Shown here: positions 1 to 10,150 of the stretch, one piece after another
Layout: every line of letters starts with the position of its first letter
Numbering within the stretch: position 1 is the stretch's first letter
Assembly (NCBI GenBank): GCA_964635445.1
Contig: CAZWNK010000001.1
Location: forward strand, 3,422-67,421
DNA length: 64,000 nt
Reading direction: 5' to 3'
Source of the DNA: an uncultured Candidatus Saccharibacteria bacterium
Lineage (GTDB): Bacteria > Patescibacteriota > Saccharimonadia > Saccharimonadales > CAZDBS01
Position numbers and translations under genes: made by a program
Notes under the pieces: generated by a model
Databases searched by the model: none
What the model saw: only the letters and a program-made list of their open reading frames with translations
What the model was told of the DNA's origin: nothing

Positions 1-268
1 GTAGTTCTTCATCCCCACAAATTGTTGCTATTAGTTCTTCAACTTGATCATTTTTAAACAAGCATCCTGCTCGCTTGAAGTATGCCTTTACATGCTCCCT
101 GTCTCGCGCTTTTGAAGCATCTGATTGAGGCTCACCTCTCTGCTCTGCAAAGTTGTATGCTTGTTGACAAATAATTGCAACCTCGAGCGCTTCGTTGCAT
201 ATGTCTGGATCGCAGGCATCGCATCGTTTACCTCTACCCCACACTTCAGGTATTAATGATACGTTAGC
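1..268 (-). CDS. hypothetical protein, 5' partial in window (N-terminus MANVSLIPEVWGRGKRCDACDPDIC...; runs off window start)
   Basis: Manual minus-strand translation from the ATG at 268-266 shows an open frame to position 1. It begins 8 nt after the rpsG stop, where fusA would normally lie, but the N-terminus is not EF-G-like. Confidence 0.35.
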
Positions 269-275
269 CATATAC

Positions 276-755
276 CTAGAATCTCGCGAAGTGTGCAAAT
301 GCTCGGTTAGCTTCAGCCATGCGATGGGTGTCTTCCTTCTTCTTCACAGCAGAGCCAGTGTTGTTGTATGCATCGACGATCTCTGCAGCGATGCGGTTGG
401 CCATGCTCATACCTTTGCGTGCACGAGTCGCCTCGACGAACCACATCATAGTGAGGTGCATCTGACGCTGACCATGTACTTCAAACGGTACCTGGAAGTT
501 GGCGCCACCAACACGTCGAGAACGAGTCTCGAGATGAGGTTTGACATTGTTGATAGCCTTTTCGAGAACTTCGAGAGGATTATCGGACTTGAGTCTTTCG
601 GCAGCAATATCCATACCACTGTAGACAAGTCGCTCGGCAAGAGTTTTCTTGCCATCCCACATCACACGGTTGATGAGACGCTGAACAAGCTGGCTGTTGT
701 AGCGACGATCAGGCATTACTTCGCGTTGGAGAGATTTGGTAACTTTACGTGGCAT
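276..755 (-). CDS. rpsG: 30S ribosomal protein S7
   Basis: 159 aa with clear S7 similarity across its length, starting [13 protein letters not shown]. Sits in the rpsL-rpsG arrangement. Confidence 0.95.
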   Translation of the reverse strand: MPRKVTKSLQREVMPDRRYNSQLVQRLINRVMWDGKKTLAERLVYSGMDIAAERLKSDNPLEVLEKAINNVKPHLETRSRRVGGANFQVPFEVHGQRQMHLTMMWFVEATRARKGMSMANRIAAEIVDAYNNTGSAVKKKEDTHRMAEANRAFAHFARF

Positions 756-1168
756 TATTTGCTCTCTTTCTTGGCACCATAGCGGCTGCGACGTTGTTTG
801 CGACCGTTGACACCTTGGAGGTCGAGCGTACCACGCACGATGTGATAGCGTACACCGGGGAGATCAGGCACGCGTCCACCACGAACAAGCACAACTGCAT
901 GCTCTTGGAGGTTATGGCCTTCCCCTGGGATATATGCCCAAACTTCATACCCATTCGTCAAACGTACACGAGCTACTTTGCGAAGTGCTGAGTTTGGTTT
1001 CTTTGGAGTTTTGGTCGTAACTTTGATACAGACACCGCGTTTGAATGGTCCTGGCTTCTCGTAGGATTTGACCTTGAGATTGTTGACCACGCGCTGCATA
1101 GCTGGTGACTTCGATTTCTTGGTCACCTTGGAACGAGGCTTGCGTACTAACTGATTGATTGTAGGCAC
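755..1168 (-). CDS. rpsL: 30S ribosomal protein S12
   Basis: 137 aa starting [12 protein letters not shown], with the [18 protein letters not shown] motif typical of S12. Confidence 0.95.
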   Translation of the reverse strand: MPTINQLVRKPRSKVTKKSKSPAMQRVVNNLKVKSYEKPGPFKRGVCIKVTTKTPKKPNSALRKVARVRLTNGYEVWAYIPGEGHNLQEHAVVLVRGGRVPDLPGVRYHIVRGTLDLQGVNGRKQRRSRYGAKKESK

Positions 1169-1283
1169 TAGAAAATATTCCTTATCATTAAAGGTGATAG
1201 ATCGCAGGCACGAGCAGCACGTTCGATACCTGCAACCTTCCCCTGTTCACTTCTATTGAAACTCGTGGTAAATCTTACCAGAT

Positions 1284-4200
1284 TTACTCCTCTGAAGCAA
1301 TATCGGCGTCTTCTTCGCTCATCGGTCGGCCAGTTCCGACTGGAATGCGTCGACCGAGGATGACGTTTTCTTTGAGGCCGTAGAGTTCATCAACTTTACC
1401 ACTCGTTGCCGCGTTGATCAGCACACGAGTCGTGTCTTGGAAGCTTGCTGCACTCAAGAATGAGTCAGACCAGGTAGAGACTTTTGCGATGCCGAGCAGG
1501 AGCTGATTGTAGACAGCAGGGTTTTTGCCCTCTGAGACAAGCTTTTGGTTTGCTTCAACAACTGCAGCCTTGCTGACGATGTCGCCGGTGACAAAGAGAC
1601 TGTCGCCTGGCTCCTCAATCTGAACGCGGCTAAACATCTGTCGAACGATGACTTCGATATGCTTGTCAGCGATGTTTTGACCCTGTGCAGCATAGATACG
1701 AAGAACTTCGTTGATGATGTAGCGTTGTGTCGCTTCGATGCCTTTGAGACGCATGAGGTCATGAAGGTTGATCGAACCTGCGGTCAGGCGATCGCCTTGA
1801 CTGACATGATCACCATCTTTGACGACGAGCTGTTTGAATGATGGGATTTCATACCGTACAGAAGCGCCTTCTTTCGGTCGAACCAAGATGTTGGCTTTGG
1901 TCACTTCGACGACACCAGCAACCGGTGCGATCAGTGGCTCTTCGCCTTCGTCTTTGGCAGCAATCACGTCACCAATAGCGACTTCCGTGCCAGATTTGAG
2001 ACTTGCTTTGCGGCCATCAAGCTTCAATTTGATCGGCTCTTGTGTATCGGCAGTGATCTGGACAATATAGCTATTGCCCTCTTCCCAGGCGTGTACGGTA
2101 CCAGCGAGGTCAGCAAGATATGCCTGACCTTTCGGGGTGCGCGCTTCGAACAACTCTTCTACACGAGGGAGACCCTGGGTGATATCGGCTGCAGCCGCGA
2201 GACCTGACTGGTGGAAAGTACGAAGCGTCAACTGCGTACCAGGCTCACCGACTGATTGCGCAGCGATGACGCCGACCGGCTGAAAGGCTTCGATCAGTTT
2301 ACCGGTAGCCATGTCGAGACCGTAGCTCTTGCGGTTGACACCGCGGAGATTACTACTGGTCAGTACGGACATGATCTTCACTTCATTGATATCACTCCCG
2401 TCAATCTTGCTTGCAGCTTCTCGAGTGATGACGCCGCCTTTTTTGACAACTTTCTCATCGCCCACTTTGATGTCTTCAGCTGCATAGCGTCCTGCTATGC
2501 GGTTCGCGAATTTCAGACCGATATCCTCAGACTCGGCACGATATACGACGAAGCCAGGGTCTTCAAACTCACCCTCAACTGTGAAGACGTCTTGTGCGAC
2601 ATCGACCATACGACGAGTCAGGTATCCTGAGTCGGCTGTCTTGAGGGCTGTGTCGATGAGACCTTTACGTGAAGCACGGGTATCTACGAAGTATTCAAGC
2701 GGCGAGAAGCCGACTTTGTAGCTTGATTTGATCGGAAGCTCGATCTCACGACCTGTCGCGTCCACGACCATACCTTTCATACCGCCAGCAAGTTTGATGT
2801 TGCTGATATCGCCACGAGCACCAGAGTCAACCATGATAGACACAGATGTGTCCTGGCCAACAAGCTGACTTCGAAGTAGCTCAAGCACTCGTTCATCGAT
2901 CTCGCGCCAGTTTTTGACAGTCAACTGATATCGCTCTTCTTCGGTGATAAAGCCCTGTTCGTACTGCTCGTTGATAGCAGCAGTCTTCTCGTCACCTTCA
3001 TCGATCAATTTATCGAGACCATTGATATCGACATAATCATCCATGCCCGTCGACAAGCCAGAGCGAGTCGCTGCTTGGAATCCGAGGTCTTTCATATTGT
3101 CAGCGATGGTCGCCATGACATCTTCGCCGTATTTCTCGAAGATTTCAGCGAGTACACCTTTGAGTTTCTTTTTACCAAATACATCGTTTTGGTAAGCGAA
3201 ATCTTCAGGCAAAATCTCATTGAACAATACTCGACCGAGCGTCGTGTCGCGCATCTCGCCTTTGACGGATACCACGATAGGAGACTGTAGTTTGATCTCG
3301 TCTTGGTCGTATGCGAACTCTGCTTCTGATACCGAAGAAAATCGTCGTGGGGTGCCTTGTGCCGATGGCTTGATATAGGTCAAGTAGTAACAACCAAGCA
3401 CGATATCCTGGGTGATAGACAAGACCGGTTCACCATCTGCTGGTTTCAGCAAGTTGCGAGTTGCAGCCATAAGATCACGGGCTTCTTTTTGTGCTTCATC
3501 AGACAATGGCAAGTGCACGGCCATCTGGTCACCATCAAAGTCGGCATTGAAACCTGCGCAGACGAGAGGATGGAGCTGGATAGCTTTACCTTCGATAAGG
3601 CGCGGCTGGAATGCCAAGACGCTAAGGCGGTGAAGTGTTGGAGCGCGGTTGAGAAGTACGTACTTGTCTTTGATGACTTCATCAAGTGCATCCCAGACAG
3701 CAACGTCCCCAGACTCGATCATACGAGTAGCGCTTTTGATGTTGTGAGCCAGATCCTTTGCGATCAAGTTTCCGATGACAAACGGTTTAAACAACTCGAG
3801 TGCCATCATCTTCGGCAAACCACACTCCGTGATACGGAGCTCTGGACCAGATACGATAACCGAACGACCAGAGTAGTCGACACGCTTACCGAGCAGGTTC
3901 TGACGGAAACGGCCTTGCTTACCTTTGAGCATGTCACTGAGCGACTTCAGGCGGCGTCGATTGCCTGTCGCGCTGACTGCACGACCGGTTCGAGCGTTAC
4001 TATTATCGACGAGAGCGTCGACAGCTTCTTGCAGCATGCGCATTTCATTACGACGGATGACCTCAGGTGCGTTGAGTTCGATCAGCTTCTTCAGTCGATT
4101 GTTGCGATTGATCACGCGACGATAGAGATCATTGAGGTCAGATGTTGCAAAACGCCCACCATTGAGCTGAACCATAGGTCGGAGGTCTGGCGGAATGACT

Positions 4201-5114
4201 GGTAAGACGGTGATGCACATGCTCGATGGCTCGATGCCTGCGCGGTGCATGCTTTCCAAAATCTTGAGCCGCTTCATAGCCTTTTTCTTGCGTTGGCCTT
4301 TGGTGTTTTCAACTTCTTCATTGAGCTGTTTGATGAGCTCTGGCAACTCGATCGTATCCAACATAGCTTTGAGTGCGGTACCACCCATGCCTACTTTGAT
4401 GAGGTCTTGGACCTCTTCAGGCAAGTTACGGTACTCAGCTTCGCTGATAAGTCGGAATTGTTCGAGATTTTGGAGTTGTGTCTTGCGCTCATTGTAGCTA
4501 TCCATGACTTCGCCGAGCTCTTTTGTCTGAGCTTCTGCAAGTGCTTTAGGATTCGCGTCCTCTTTTTCAGCTTCAGCTTTGTAGCGAGCTTCGATAGCTT
4601 CTTTGGCGTGTGCACTCTCGGCCTCGATATCTGCAAGCATTTGGTCACGCTTCTCGGTATTCACCGTCATGATGACGTATGATGCAAAGTAAGCAATACG
4701 CTCGAGGTTCTTGACTGTCATGCCAAGTAAAAGGCCGATCGCACTCGGTGTACCACGAAGGAACCAAATATGAGCGACAGGTGCGGCCAAACTAATATGA
4801 CCCATGCGCTCTCGTCGGACGATCGAGCGTGTGACGAGCTCACCGTTTTTGTCGACGGCTGCTTCTCGGCTACGAAGGCCTTTGTATTTGGCATCATGTG
4901 GGTTGATATCTTTTTGTGGTCCAAAGATTTTTTCGCAGAACAAACCATCTCGCTCAGGCTTCTGAGTTCGGTAGTTGATAGTTTCTGGTTTGGTCACTTC
5001 ACCGTACGACCAGTTCAATATATCTGTTGGACTGGCGACTGCGAGGCGTACTGCATCGAAATCAGCGATATTTGTACTGTGCGAAAACTTACGCATTATC
5101 GATGTCCTCCTCAA
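1284..5114 (-). CDS. rpoC: DNA-directed RNA polymerase subunit beta'
   Basis: 1276 aa with the [12 protein letters not shown] catalytic Mg motif. Immediately downstream of rpoB with a 26-nt overlap. Confidence 0.97.
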   Translation of the reverse strand: MRRTSIMRKFSHSTNIADFDAVRLAVASPTDILNWSYGEVTKPETINYRTQKPERDGLFCEKIFGPQKDINPHDAKYKGLRSREAAVDKNGELVTRSIVRRERMGHISLAAPVAHIWFLRGTPSAIGLLLGMTVKNLERIAYFASYVIMTVNTEKRDQMLADIEAESAHAKEAIEARYKAEAEKEDANPKALAEAQTKELGEVMDSYNERKTQLQNLEQFRLISEAEYRNLPEEVQDLIKVGMGGTALKAMLDTIELPELIKQLNEEVENTKGQRKKKAMKRLKILESMHRAGIEPSSMCITVLPVIPPDLRPMVQLNGGRFATSDLNDLYRRVINRNNRLKKLIELNAPEVIRRNEMRMLQEAVDALVDNSNARTGRAVSATGNRRRLKSLSDMLKGKQGRFRQNLLGKRVDYSGRSVIVSGPELRITECGLPKMMALELFKPFVIGNLIAKDLAHNIKSATRMIESGDVAVWDALDEVIKDKYVLLNRAPTLHRLSVLAFQPRLIEGKAIQLHPLVCAGFNADFDGDQMAVHLPLSDEAQKEARDLMAATRNLLKPADGEPVLSITQDIVLGCYYLTYIKPSAQGTPRRFSSVSEAEFAYDQDEIKLQSPIVVSVKGEMRDTTLGRVLFNEILPEDFAYQNDVFGKKKLKGVLAEIFEKYGEDVMATIADNMKDLGFQAATRSGLSTGMDDYVDINGLDKLIDEGDEKTAAINEQYEQGFITEEERYQLTVKNWREIDERVLELLRSQLVGQDTSVSIMVDSGARGDISNIKLAGGMKGMVVDATGREIELPIKSSYKVGFSPLEYFVDTRASRKGLIDTALKTADSGYLTRRMVDVAQDVFTVEGEFEDPGFVVYRAESEDIGLKFANRIAGRYAAEDIKVGDEKVVKKGGVITREAASKIDGSDINEVKIMSVLTSSNLRGVNRKSYGLDMATGKLIEAFQPVGVIAAQSVGEPGTQLTLRTFHQSGLAAAADITQGLPRVEELFEARTPKGQAYLADLAGTVHAWEEGNSYIVQITADTQEPIKLKLDGRKASLKSGTEVAIGDVIAAKDEGEEPLIAPVAGVVEVTKANILVRPKEGASVRYEIPSFKQLVVKDGDHVSQGDRLTAGSINLHDLMRLKGIEATQRYIINEVLRIYAAQGQNIADKHIEVIVRQMFSRVQIEEPGDSLFVTGDIVSKAAVVEANQKLVSEGKNPAVYNQLLLGIAKVSTWSDSFLSAASFQDTTRVLINAATSGKVDELYGLKENVILGRRIPVGTGRPMSEEDADIASEE

Positions 5115-8100
5115 TTTCGTTAGCTATTACGTCATCCGTCACATCATCTGGCAATCCAGAATCACCTGCGTCATCATCGAGTACGAAGTCATCGTTGACG
5201 ATGCCCGCGCTGACACCAACTGCCTGTTGATCATCTGGCATATCGACACCTGCTGGGTGTGTTGCTTCATTGTGGATGTTTTCGGCGAGAAGTTTCTCGG
5301 CGTCTATCGCTGCTTGACCATGCTGGTCAACAAGATCGACTTTGAGGCTGAGGCCTTGAAGTTCCTTCACGAGCACGTTGAACGACTCAGGAACCTGCGG
5401 ACCCTGAATATCAGTGCCTTTGATGATCGACTCATACGCCTTGGAGCGTCCGTATACATCGTCGGACTTGAGTGTCAGCATCTCTTGAAGTGTATATGCA
5501 GCACCGTATGCTTCGAGTGCCCATACCTCCATCTCTCCGAAGCGTTGACCACCGTTTTGCGCCTTACCACCGAGAGGTTGCTGTGTGACCATCGTGTATG
5601 GTCCAGTTGAGCGGGCATGAATCTTGTCTGCAATCATGTGATGCAGTTTGATCATGTACATGTTGCCGACTGTCGTTCGTTCAGCGAACGGTTCACCGGT
5701 ACGGCCGTCATAGAGTTGTGCCTTACCATCGGTATCACGACCTGCTTCTGCGAGCAGCTCTTTGATCTTCTCAGTTGAGACGCCATTAAATGGTTCTGTG
5801 ACAACTTTCATACCAAGAGCACGTGCAGCCATACCCAAGTGGGTTTCAAATAGCTGACCGATATTCATACGAGATGGCACACCAAGCGGGTTCAAAATGA
5901 CATCAACTGGTGTCCCGTCAGCCAAGAATGGCATATCTTCTACTGGTAAAATTCGAGCGACGACACCTTTGTTTCCGTGACGTCCAGCAAGCTTATCGCC
6001 AACTTGGACTTTGCGCATCTGAGCGACAAACACCTGGATCTGCATGATGACACCAGCTTTGAGCTCATGACCATTTTCTCGAGAGAAAATTTTCACGCCC
6101 ACGACCTTGCCATGCTTCCCGTTACTCATACGCTGAGAGGTGTCACGAACATCCTTAGCTTTTTCGCCAAAGATAGCGCGAAGCAGTCGCTCTTCACTTG
6201 AGAGCTCTTGTTCACCTTTTGGCGTGATTTTTCCGACGAGAATATCACCCGGATGCACCTCGGCACCGATGCGAACAATACCGTTCTCATCAAGATGTCG
6301 AAGGCTTTCTTCTGAGACATTTGGGATATCTGCAGTGACGACTTCAGGTCCAAGCTTGGTTTCGCGAACTTCAGTCATATAGTCGACGATGTGGATTGAG
6401 GTAAGCTCATCGTCCTGAACGATTCGTTGCGACAAGATGATGGAGTCTTCGTAGTTGTAACCACCCCATGGCATGAAGGCGACAATAAAGTCTTTGCCAA
6501 GTGCAAGCTCACCATTTTCAATCGACATACCATCGATCAAGACATCGCCTTTTTTGACCTTTTGGCCTGTTTCGACGACAACTTTCTGATTGATACATGA
6601 ACCTTCGTTGCTTCGGATGAAGTGCATCGGCGTGTATTTGACATCGCCATTTTTGGTACGCAGGACTACTTCTCGTCCTTCGGCCTTGACTACCTCACCA
6701 TCTGTTTCGGCATAGACTGCTTGGCCTGAGTTACGCGCAGTGACCTCTTCCATACCAGTACCGACGATTGGTGCTGTAGGACGAAGGAGTGGTACGGCCT
6801 GTTTCTGCATGTTCGAACCGGTCAGAGCACGGTCCACACGGTCCTTCTCGATGTATGGAACAAGCGCAGCAGTTGAGCCCAAAATCTGAAGATTGGAGGC
6901 GTCCATGTGCGTTACTTGGTCCGTATCAACCTGTCCAGGGCGGAGTTTGATACGAGCACTGACACGAGATTCGACAAAAGAGCCGTCATCTTTTAGCTGA
7001 TTACCAGCTCCTGCGATGACAGCATTTTCTTCTGCTGCTGCATCGAGATACTCGATCTCGCCAGTTACTTTGCCTTTGACAACCTTGCGATATGGCGATT
7101 CGACAAATCCATATTCATTGATACGAGCATAACTACCGAGATTGAGCACGAGACCGATGTTTGGTCCTTCTGGTGTTTCTACGGCGCAGATTCGACCATA
7201 GTGTGTGGCGTGAGCGTCACGAACCTCAAATCCGGCTCGTTCTCGTGAGAGACCACCTGGACCAAGTGAGCTAAGACGTCGTTTGTGCGAGAGCTCAGAG
7301 ATTGGGTTGGTCTGCTCCATGAACTGACTCAGCTGCGAGCTAGCAAAAAACTCTCGAACTGCTGCGACAATCGGTCGAGCATTGATGAGCTGGCCTGGTG
7401 TGACAGTTTCGATATCACTCATCGACATGCGATCTTTTGCATTGCGCTCCATGCGGAGGAGTCCGATACGGAATTGTCGCTGTACGAGTTCGCCAACGAG
7501 TTTGACGCGGCGATTAGCGAGACTGTCGATATCATCAGGTTCTTCTTGGGTATTATTCAGTCGGATGATTTCAGCAATGATCGCTTTGAGATCGTCGAGT
7601 CGCATAACTCGATTTTCTGTAGTATTTGGCACATCTAGTGCGAGTCGCTTGTTGATCTTATAACGACCGACTCGAGAGAAGTCGAAACGCTTGAAGTTGA
7701 AGAACATGTTTTCGATAAGGCTACGAGCGTTATCGACAGTTGCGAGATCACCAGGTCGGAGACGACGATAGACTTCGATCAAAGCATCGCTGTTACCTTT
7801 TGATGGATCCTTTTCGATAGTTGCGTTGATGTACGAGACTTCGCCGGTATCAACGTCTTTGAATAGTTCTGTGAGCGCAGTATTTGTGCTAACACCGAGC
7901 GCGCGGAGTAGCGTAGTGACCGGGATTTTGCGTCGTCGGTCGATTTTGACATACATAGCGCCATTGGATGAGGTCTCAAACTCCAACCATGCACCACGGC
8001 CAGGAATTACCTTCGCCCCGTAGAGCAAACGTGAACCGCTCGCCTCAGCAGTGAAAAATACTCCTGGGCTACGGATCAACTGAGACACGACTACACGATC

Positions 8101-8496
8101 AGCACCGTTGATAATGAATGTTCCGCGCTCTGTCATCCATGGATAATCACCGAGGTAGATCTCTTGGTCTTTGACTTCACCAGTGACTTTGTTGGTCAGC
8201 TCGATAGTTGCTTTGAGCGGAGCCTCATAACTGATGTTGTTTTCCCGCGCTTCCATTTCGCTTATTTTGGGGGCGTCGAAATGATATTGCTTAAAACGAA
8301 GCTCTAGTTTGGTACCCGTATAATCCTCGATAGGATTAACCTCAGCAAAAATCTCGCCCAAACCCTCTTCTACGAACCATTTGAAGCTTTGCAGCTGGTG
8401 CGTGATAAGGTTTGGCAACTCGAGACGGTCCTGAGTCTTAGTGAAATATTGGCGGGCTACTTTCTTAGTAGCCTGCCTACTCACAGTCTTGGCCAT
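5089..8496 (-). CDS. rpoB: DNA-directed RNA polymerase subunit beta
   Basis: 1135 aa with conserved RpoB blocks throughout, upstream of rpoC. Confidence 0.97.
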   Translation of the reverse strand: MAKTVSRQATKKVARQYFTKTQDRLELPNLITHQLQSFKWFVEEGLGEIFAEVNPIEDYTGTKLELRFKQYHFDAPKISEMEARENNISYEAPLKATIELTNKVTGEVKDQEIYLGDYPWMTERGTFIINGADRVVVSQLIRSPGVFFTAEASGSRLLYGAKVIPGRGAWLEFETSSNGAMYVKIDRRRKIPVTTLLRALGVSTNTALTELFKDVDTGEVSYINATIEKDPSKGNSDALIEVYRRLRPGDLATVDNARSLIENMFFNFKRFDFSRVGRYKINKRLALDVPNTTENRVMRLDDLKAIIAEIIRLNNTQEEPDDIDSLANRRVKLVGELVQRQFRIGLLRMERNAKDRMSMSDIETVTPGQLINARPIVAAVREFFASSQLSQFMEQTNPISELSHKRRLSSLGPGGLSRERAGFEVRDAHATHYGRICAVETPEGPNIGLVLNLGSYARINEYGFVESPYRKVVKGKVTGEIEYLDAAAEENAVIAGAGNQLKDDGSFVESRVSARIKLRPGQVDTDQVTHMDASNLQILGSTAALVPYIEKDRVDRALTGSNMQKQAVPLLRPTAPIVGTGMEEVTARNSGQAVYAETDGEVVKAEGREVVLRTKNGDVKYTPMHFIRSNEGSCINQKVVVETGQKVKKGDVLIDGMSIENGELALGKDFIVAFMPWGGYNYEDSIILSQRIVQDDELTSIHIVDYMTEVRETKLGPEVVTADIPNVSEESLRHLDENGIVRIGAEVHPGDILVGKITPKGEQELSSEERLLRAIFGEKAKDVRDTSQRMSNGKHGKVVGVKIFSRENGHELKAGVIMQIQVFVAQMRKVQVGDKLAGRHGNKGVVARILPVEDMPFLADGTPVDVILNPLGVPSRMNIGQLFETHLGMAARALGMKVVTEPFNGVSTEKIKELLAEAGRDTDGKAQLYDGRTGEPFAERTTVGNMYMIKLHHMIADKIHARSTGPYTMVTQQPLGGKAQNGGQRFGEMEVWALEAYGAAYTLQEMLTLKSDDVYGRSKAYESIIKGTDIQGPQVPESFNVLVKELQGLSLKVDLVDQHGQAAIDAEKLLAENIHNEATHPAGVDMPDDQQAVGVSAGIVNDDFVLDDDAGDSGLPDDVTDDVIANEIEEDIDNA

Positions 8497-8532
8497 GTAT
8501 TTCCCCTTATTGCCAGAGTGTCACCACCATTA

Positions 8533-8553
8533 GACGCTTCTCGCAGTAGCGTC
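8533..8553 (-). promoter_or_regulatory. Hairpin (GACGCT-N9-AGCGTC) in the 320-nt untranslated leader upstream of rpoB
   Basis: Perfect 6-bp inverted repeat about 40 nt upstream of the rpoB ATG. The 8497-8816 leader is long and has no ORF. Confidence 0.3.
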
Positions 8554-8816
8554 TATGGAGCTCAGATGAACTCTATAGAGACTGATCAGGTCTCTAAATA
8601 TCCAGATGGTGATTCTGGCTGCTTTATATTGTCTTCGGTCGCGCTATCGAAGGCTTCTAAGTCTCTCCCACTCGTTTGCCACCCTGATCTGTTCTGGCGC
8701 ACAGCGAAATGACTTACTCTACTTCTTACGTACAATTTTGACGGAAATGATAATCAATGTCAAGCAATATTACAGGCCTACCACCAATATTTCGTGTTCA
8801 GTATTCGTAAGTATCG

Positions 8817-9464
8817 CTAACGATTTGCGATAACTTTGTCTACGAGACCATATGTCTTCGCTTCATCAGCGTCAAACCATCGGTCACGTTCCATATCGTC
8901 ATGGATTTTACTGACTTTTTGACCGGTATTTTTAGCCATGATCTCTTCCATGCGGCGCTTCAACTTCGTCATTTGCTCGAGCGTAATTTCCATATCCGTG
9001 ATTTGTCCTTGAGTGCCTGCGTGCGGCTGATGAATCATGACCTTGGAGTTGGGCAGTGCAAGTCGCTTACCTTTGGCACCGGAACTAAGTAAAAATGCTG
9101 CAGCACTTGCAGCCATACCGATAGCAACTGTATTCACATCTGATTTGATGTAATTCATGACGTCGTAGATGGCCAAAGAGTCATAGACACTACCACCGGG
9201 ACTATTGATATACATGAAAATATCTTTCTTGGGGTCTTCGTACTCAAGATGCAAGAGTTGGGCTACGATGAGGTTTGCTGTGTGTTCGTTGACTTGATCG
9301 CCGAGGAATATGATTCGCTCTTTGAGCAATCGTGAATAGATATCGTAGGCGCGTTCGACTCGCCCATCTGATTCGATAACTGTTGGCACTAGTATAGAAC
9401 TTTTCGGATCTTTCATATCACTACCATTTGTATTCATGAGATTCCCCTCTAATAATTGCACCAA
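8817..9464 (-). CDS. clpP: ATP-dependent Clp protease proteolytic subunit
   Basis: 215 aa with ClpP family similarity, including the MIHQPHAG and [11 protein letters not shown] regions of the active-site Ser/His environment. Confidence 0.93.
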   Translation of the reverse strand: MVQLLEGNLMNTNGSDMKDPKSSILVPTVIESDGRVERAYDIYSRLLKERIIFLGDQVNEHTANLIVAQLLHLEYEDPKKDIFMYINSPGGSVYDSLAIYDVMNYIKSDVNTVAIGMAASAAAFLLSSGAKGKRLALPNSKVMIHQPHAGTQGQITDMEITLEQMTKLKRRMEEIMAKNTGQKVSKIHDDMERDRWFDADEAKTYGLVDKVIANR

Positions 9465-9477
9465 TCACTATATAGAA

Positions 9478-9504
9478 TTAGCACTCTAATGTCTAGAGTG
9501 CTAA
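9478..9504 (-). promoter_or_regulatory. CIRCE operator (HrcA-type), TTAGCACTC-N9-GAGTGCTAA, about 25 nt upstream of the clpP ATG
   Basis: The sequence ttagcactc taatgtcta gagtgctaa matches the CIRCE consensus exactly (9-9-9). Confidence 0.7.
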
Positions 9505-9592
9505 TTCACTCGCGATGCTCGTTCATAGGAAGAGGCGAATCCTCCTCCTATCCCTCAGCTGAAGCTTCGGTGTTCTCCTCCCCACTTGAGAC
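9505..9592 (-). repeat. Conserved structured leader module, copy A (GGGGAGGAGAACACCG box plus 10-bp hairpin at 9526-9550), between terminator and CIRCE
   Basis: Homologous to copies at 29565-29671 and 10081-10140. The hairpin taggaggagg/cctcttccta is read on the minus strand, with a G-U pair. Stem sequences differ between copies with compensatory changes. Confidence 0.5.
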
Positions 9593-9619
9593 AATAACTC
9601 GAAATAAATTCGAGTTATT
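9593..9619 (-). terminator. Rho-independent terminator after ORF116 (AATAACTCGA-ataaa-TCGAGTTATT)
   Basis: Perfect 10-bp stem flanked by A/T runs, 17 nt downstream of the ORF116 stop on the minus strand. Confidence 0.55.
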
Positions 9620-9635
9620 GTAATTTGTTTTAATT

Positions 9636-9986
9636 CTACGCAACTATTGATTCAGTATCACTCTCTTTGGTGTGTATACCGAAGAGTTCAGCTGCTCGTG
9701 CATCAACGATAAGCATGTCTAGCTCGTCGTCGCCTTCTCTATGAACGCAGGTTTGTAGAAGTGCTTTTACGGTTTCCGGTTCTATAACAAGTTGCTCTGT
9801 CTGTGATGGCGTTAGATTTCCGTTTTTATCAACTTTTTTTCTAACAGCTTCGAATACTGCCGATGCGATCGAGGCCTCGTACATTGTAGATCGGAGAGAC
9901 AGGAGTTCAGTGGCGGCACGTATTTGTGATGGGGTTTCAAGAACTCCGCCTTGGATACGGTCATATTGGTCAAATAAAATATTCAT
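9636..9986 (-). CDS. hypothetical protein (116 aa), flanked by inverted copies of the structured module
   Basis: ORF between clpP and tig with no recognisable family. Bracketed by module copies A and C in inverted orientation. Confidence 0.55.
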   Translation of the reverse strand: MNILFDQYDRIQGGVLETPSQIRAATELLSLRSTMYEASIASAVFEAVRKKVDKNGNLTPSQTEQLVIEPETVKALLQTCVHREGDDELDMLIVDARAAELFGIHTKESDTESIVA

Positions 9987-10042
9987 ATCTTGCTTTTAGC
10001 ACAGATTGTAACCAGATGTAAAGCCTCGCAATAAACCGACGA

Positions 10043-10073
10043 CTAAGATATTGGATTCACTCCAATATCTTAG
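10043..10073. repeat. Perfect 13-bp stem hairpin (CTAAGATATTGGA-ttcac-TCCAATATCTTAG)
   Basis: Seen directly in the sequence. Abuts module copy C. Confidence 0.5.
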
Positions 10074-10080
10074 ATTCCTT

Positions 10081-10140
10081 TGGGGAGGAGAACACCGGAG
10101 CGCAGCGAAGGGATAAGAGGAGGATTCACCTCCTCTTATG
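10081..10140 (+). repeat. Conserved structured module, copy C (plus orientation; TGGGGAGGAGAACACCG box plus 11-bp hairpin at 10113-10139), immediately 3' of tig
   Basis: Same module as copies A and B in opposite orientation, with no CIRCE. Hairpin ataagaggagg/cctcctcttat is perfect. Confidence 0.5.
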
Positions 10141-10150
10141 AGTGAGTAGA

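Noticed and set aside
195-782. 195-aa plus-strand ORF
   Set aside because: Lies entirely antisense to the well-supported rpsG (S7) gene, with no coding-like composition or motifs; a shadow ORF.
3357-4205. 282-aa plus-strand ORF inside rpoC
   Set aside because: Antisense to rpoC; Cys/His/Arg-rich junk composition typical of reverse-strand translation of a conserved gene.
4975-5610. 211-aa plus-strand ORF across the rpoC/rpoB junction
   Set aside because: Antisense to the RNA polymerase genes; no motifs.
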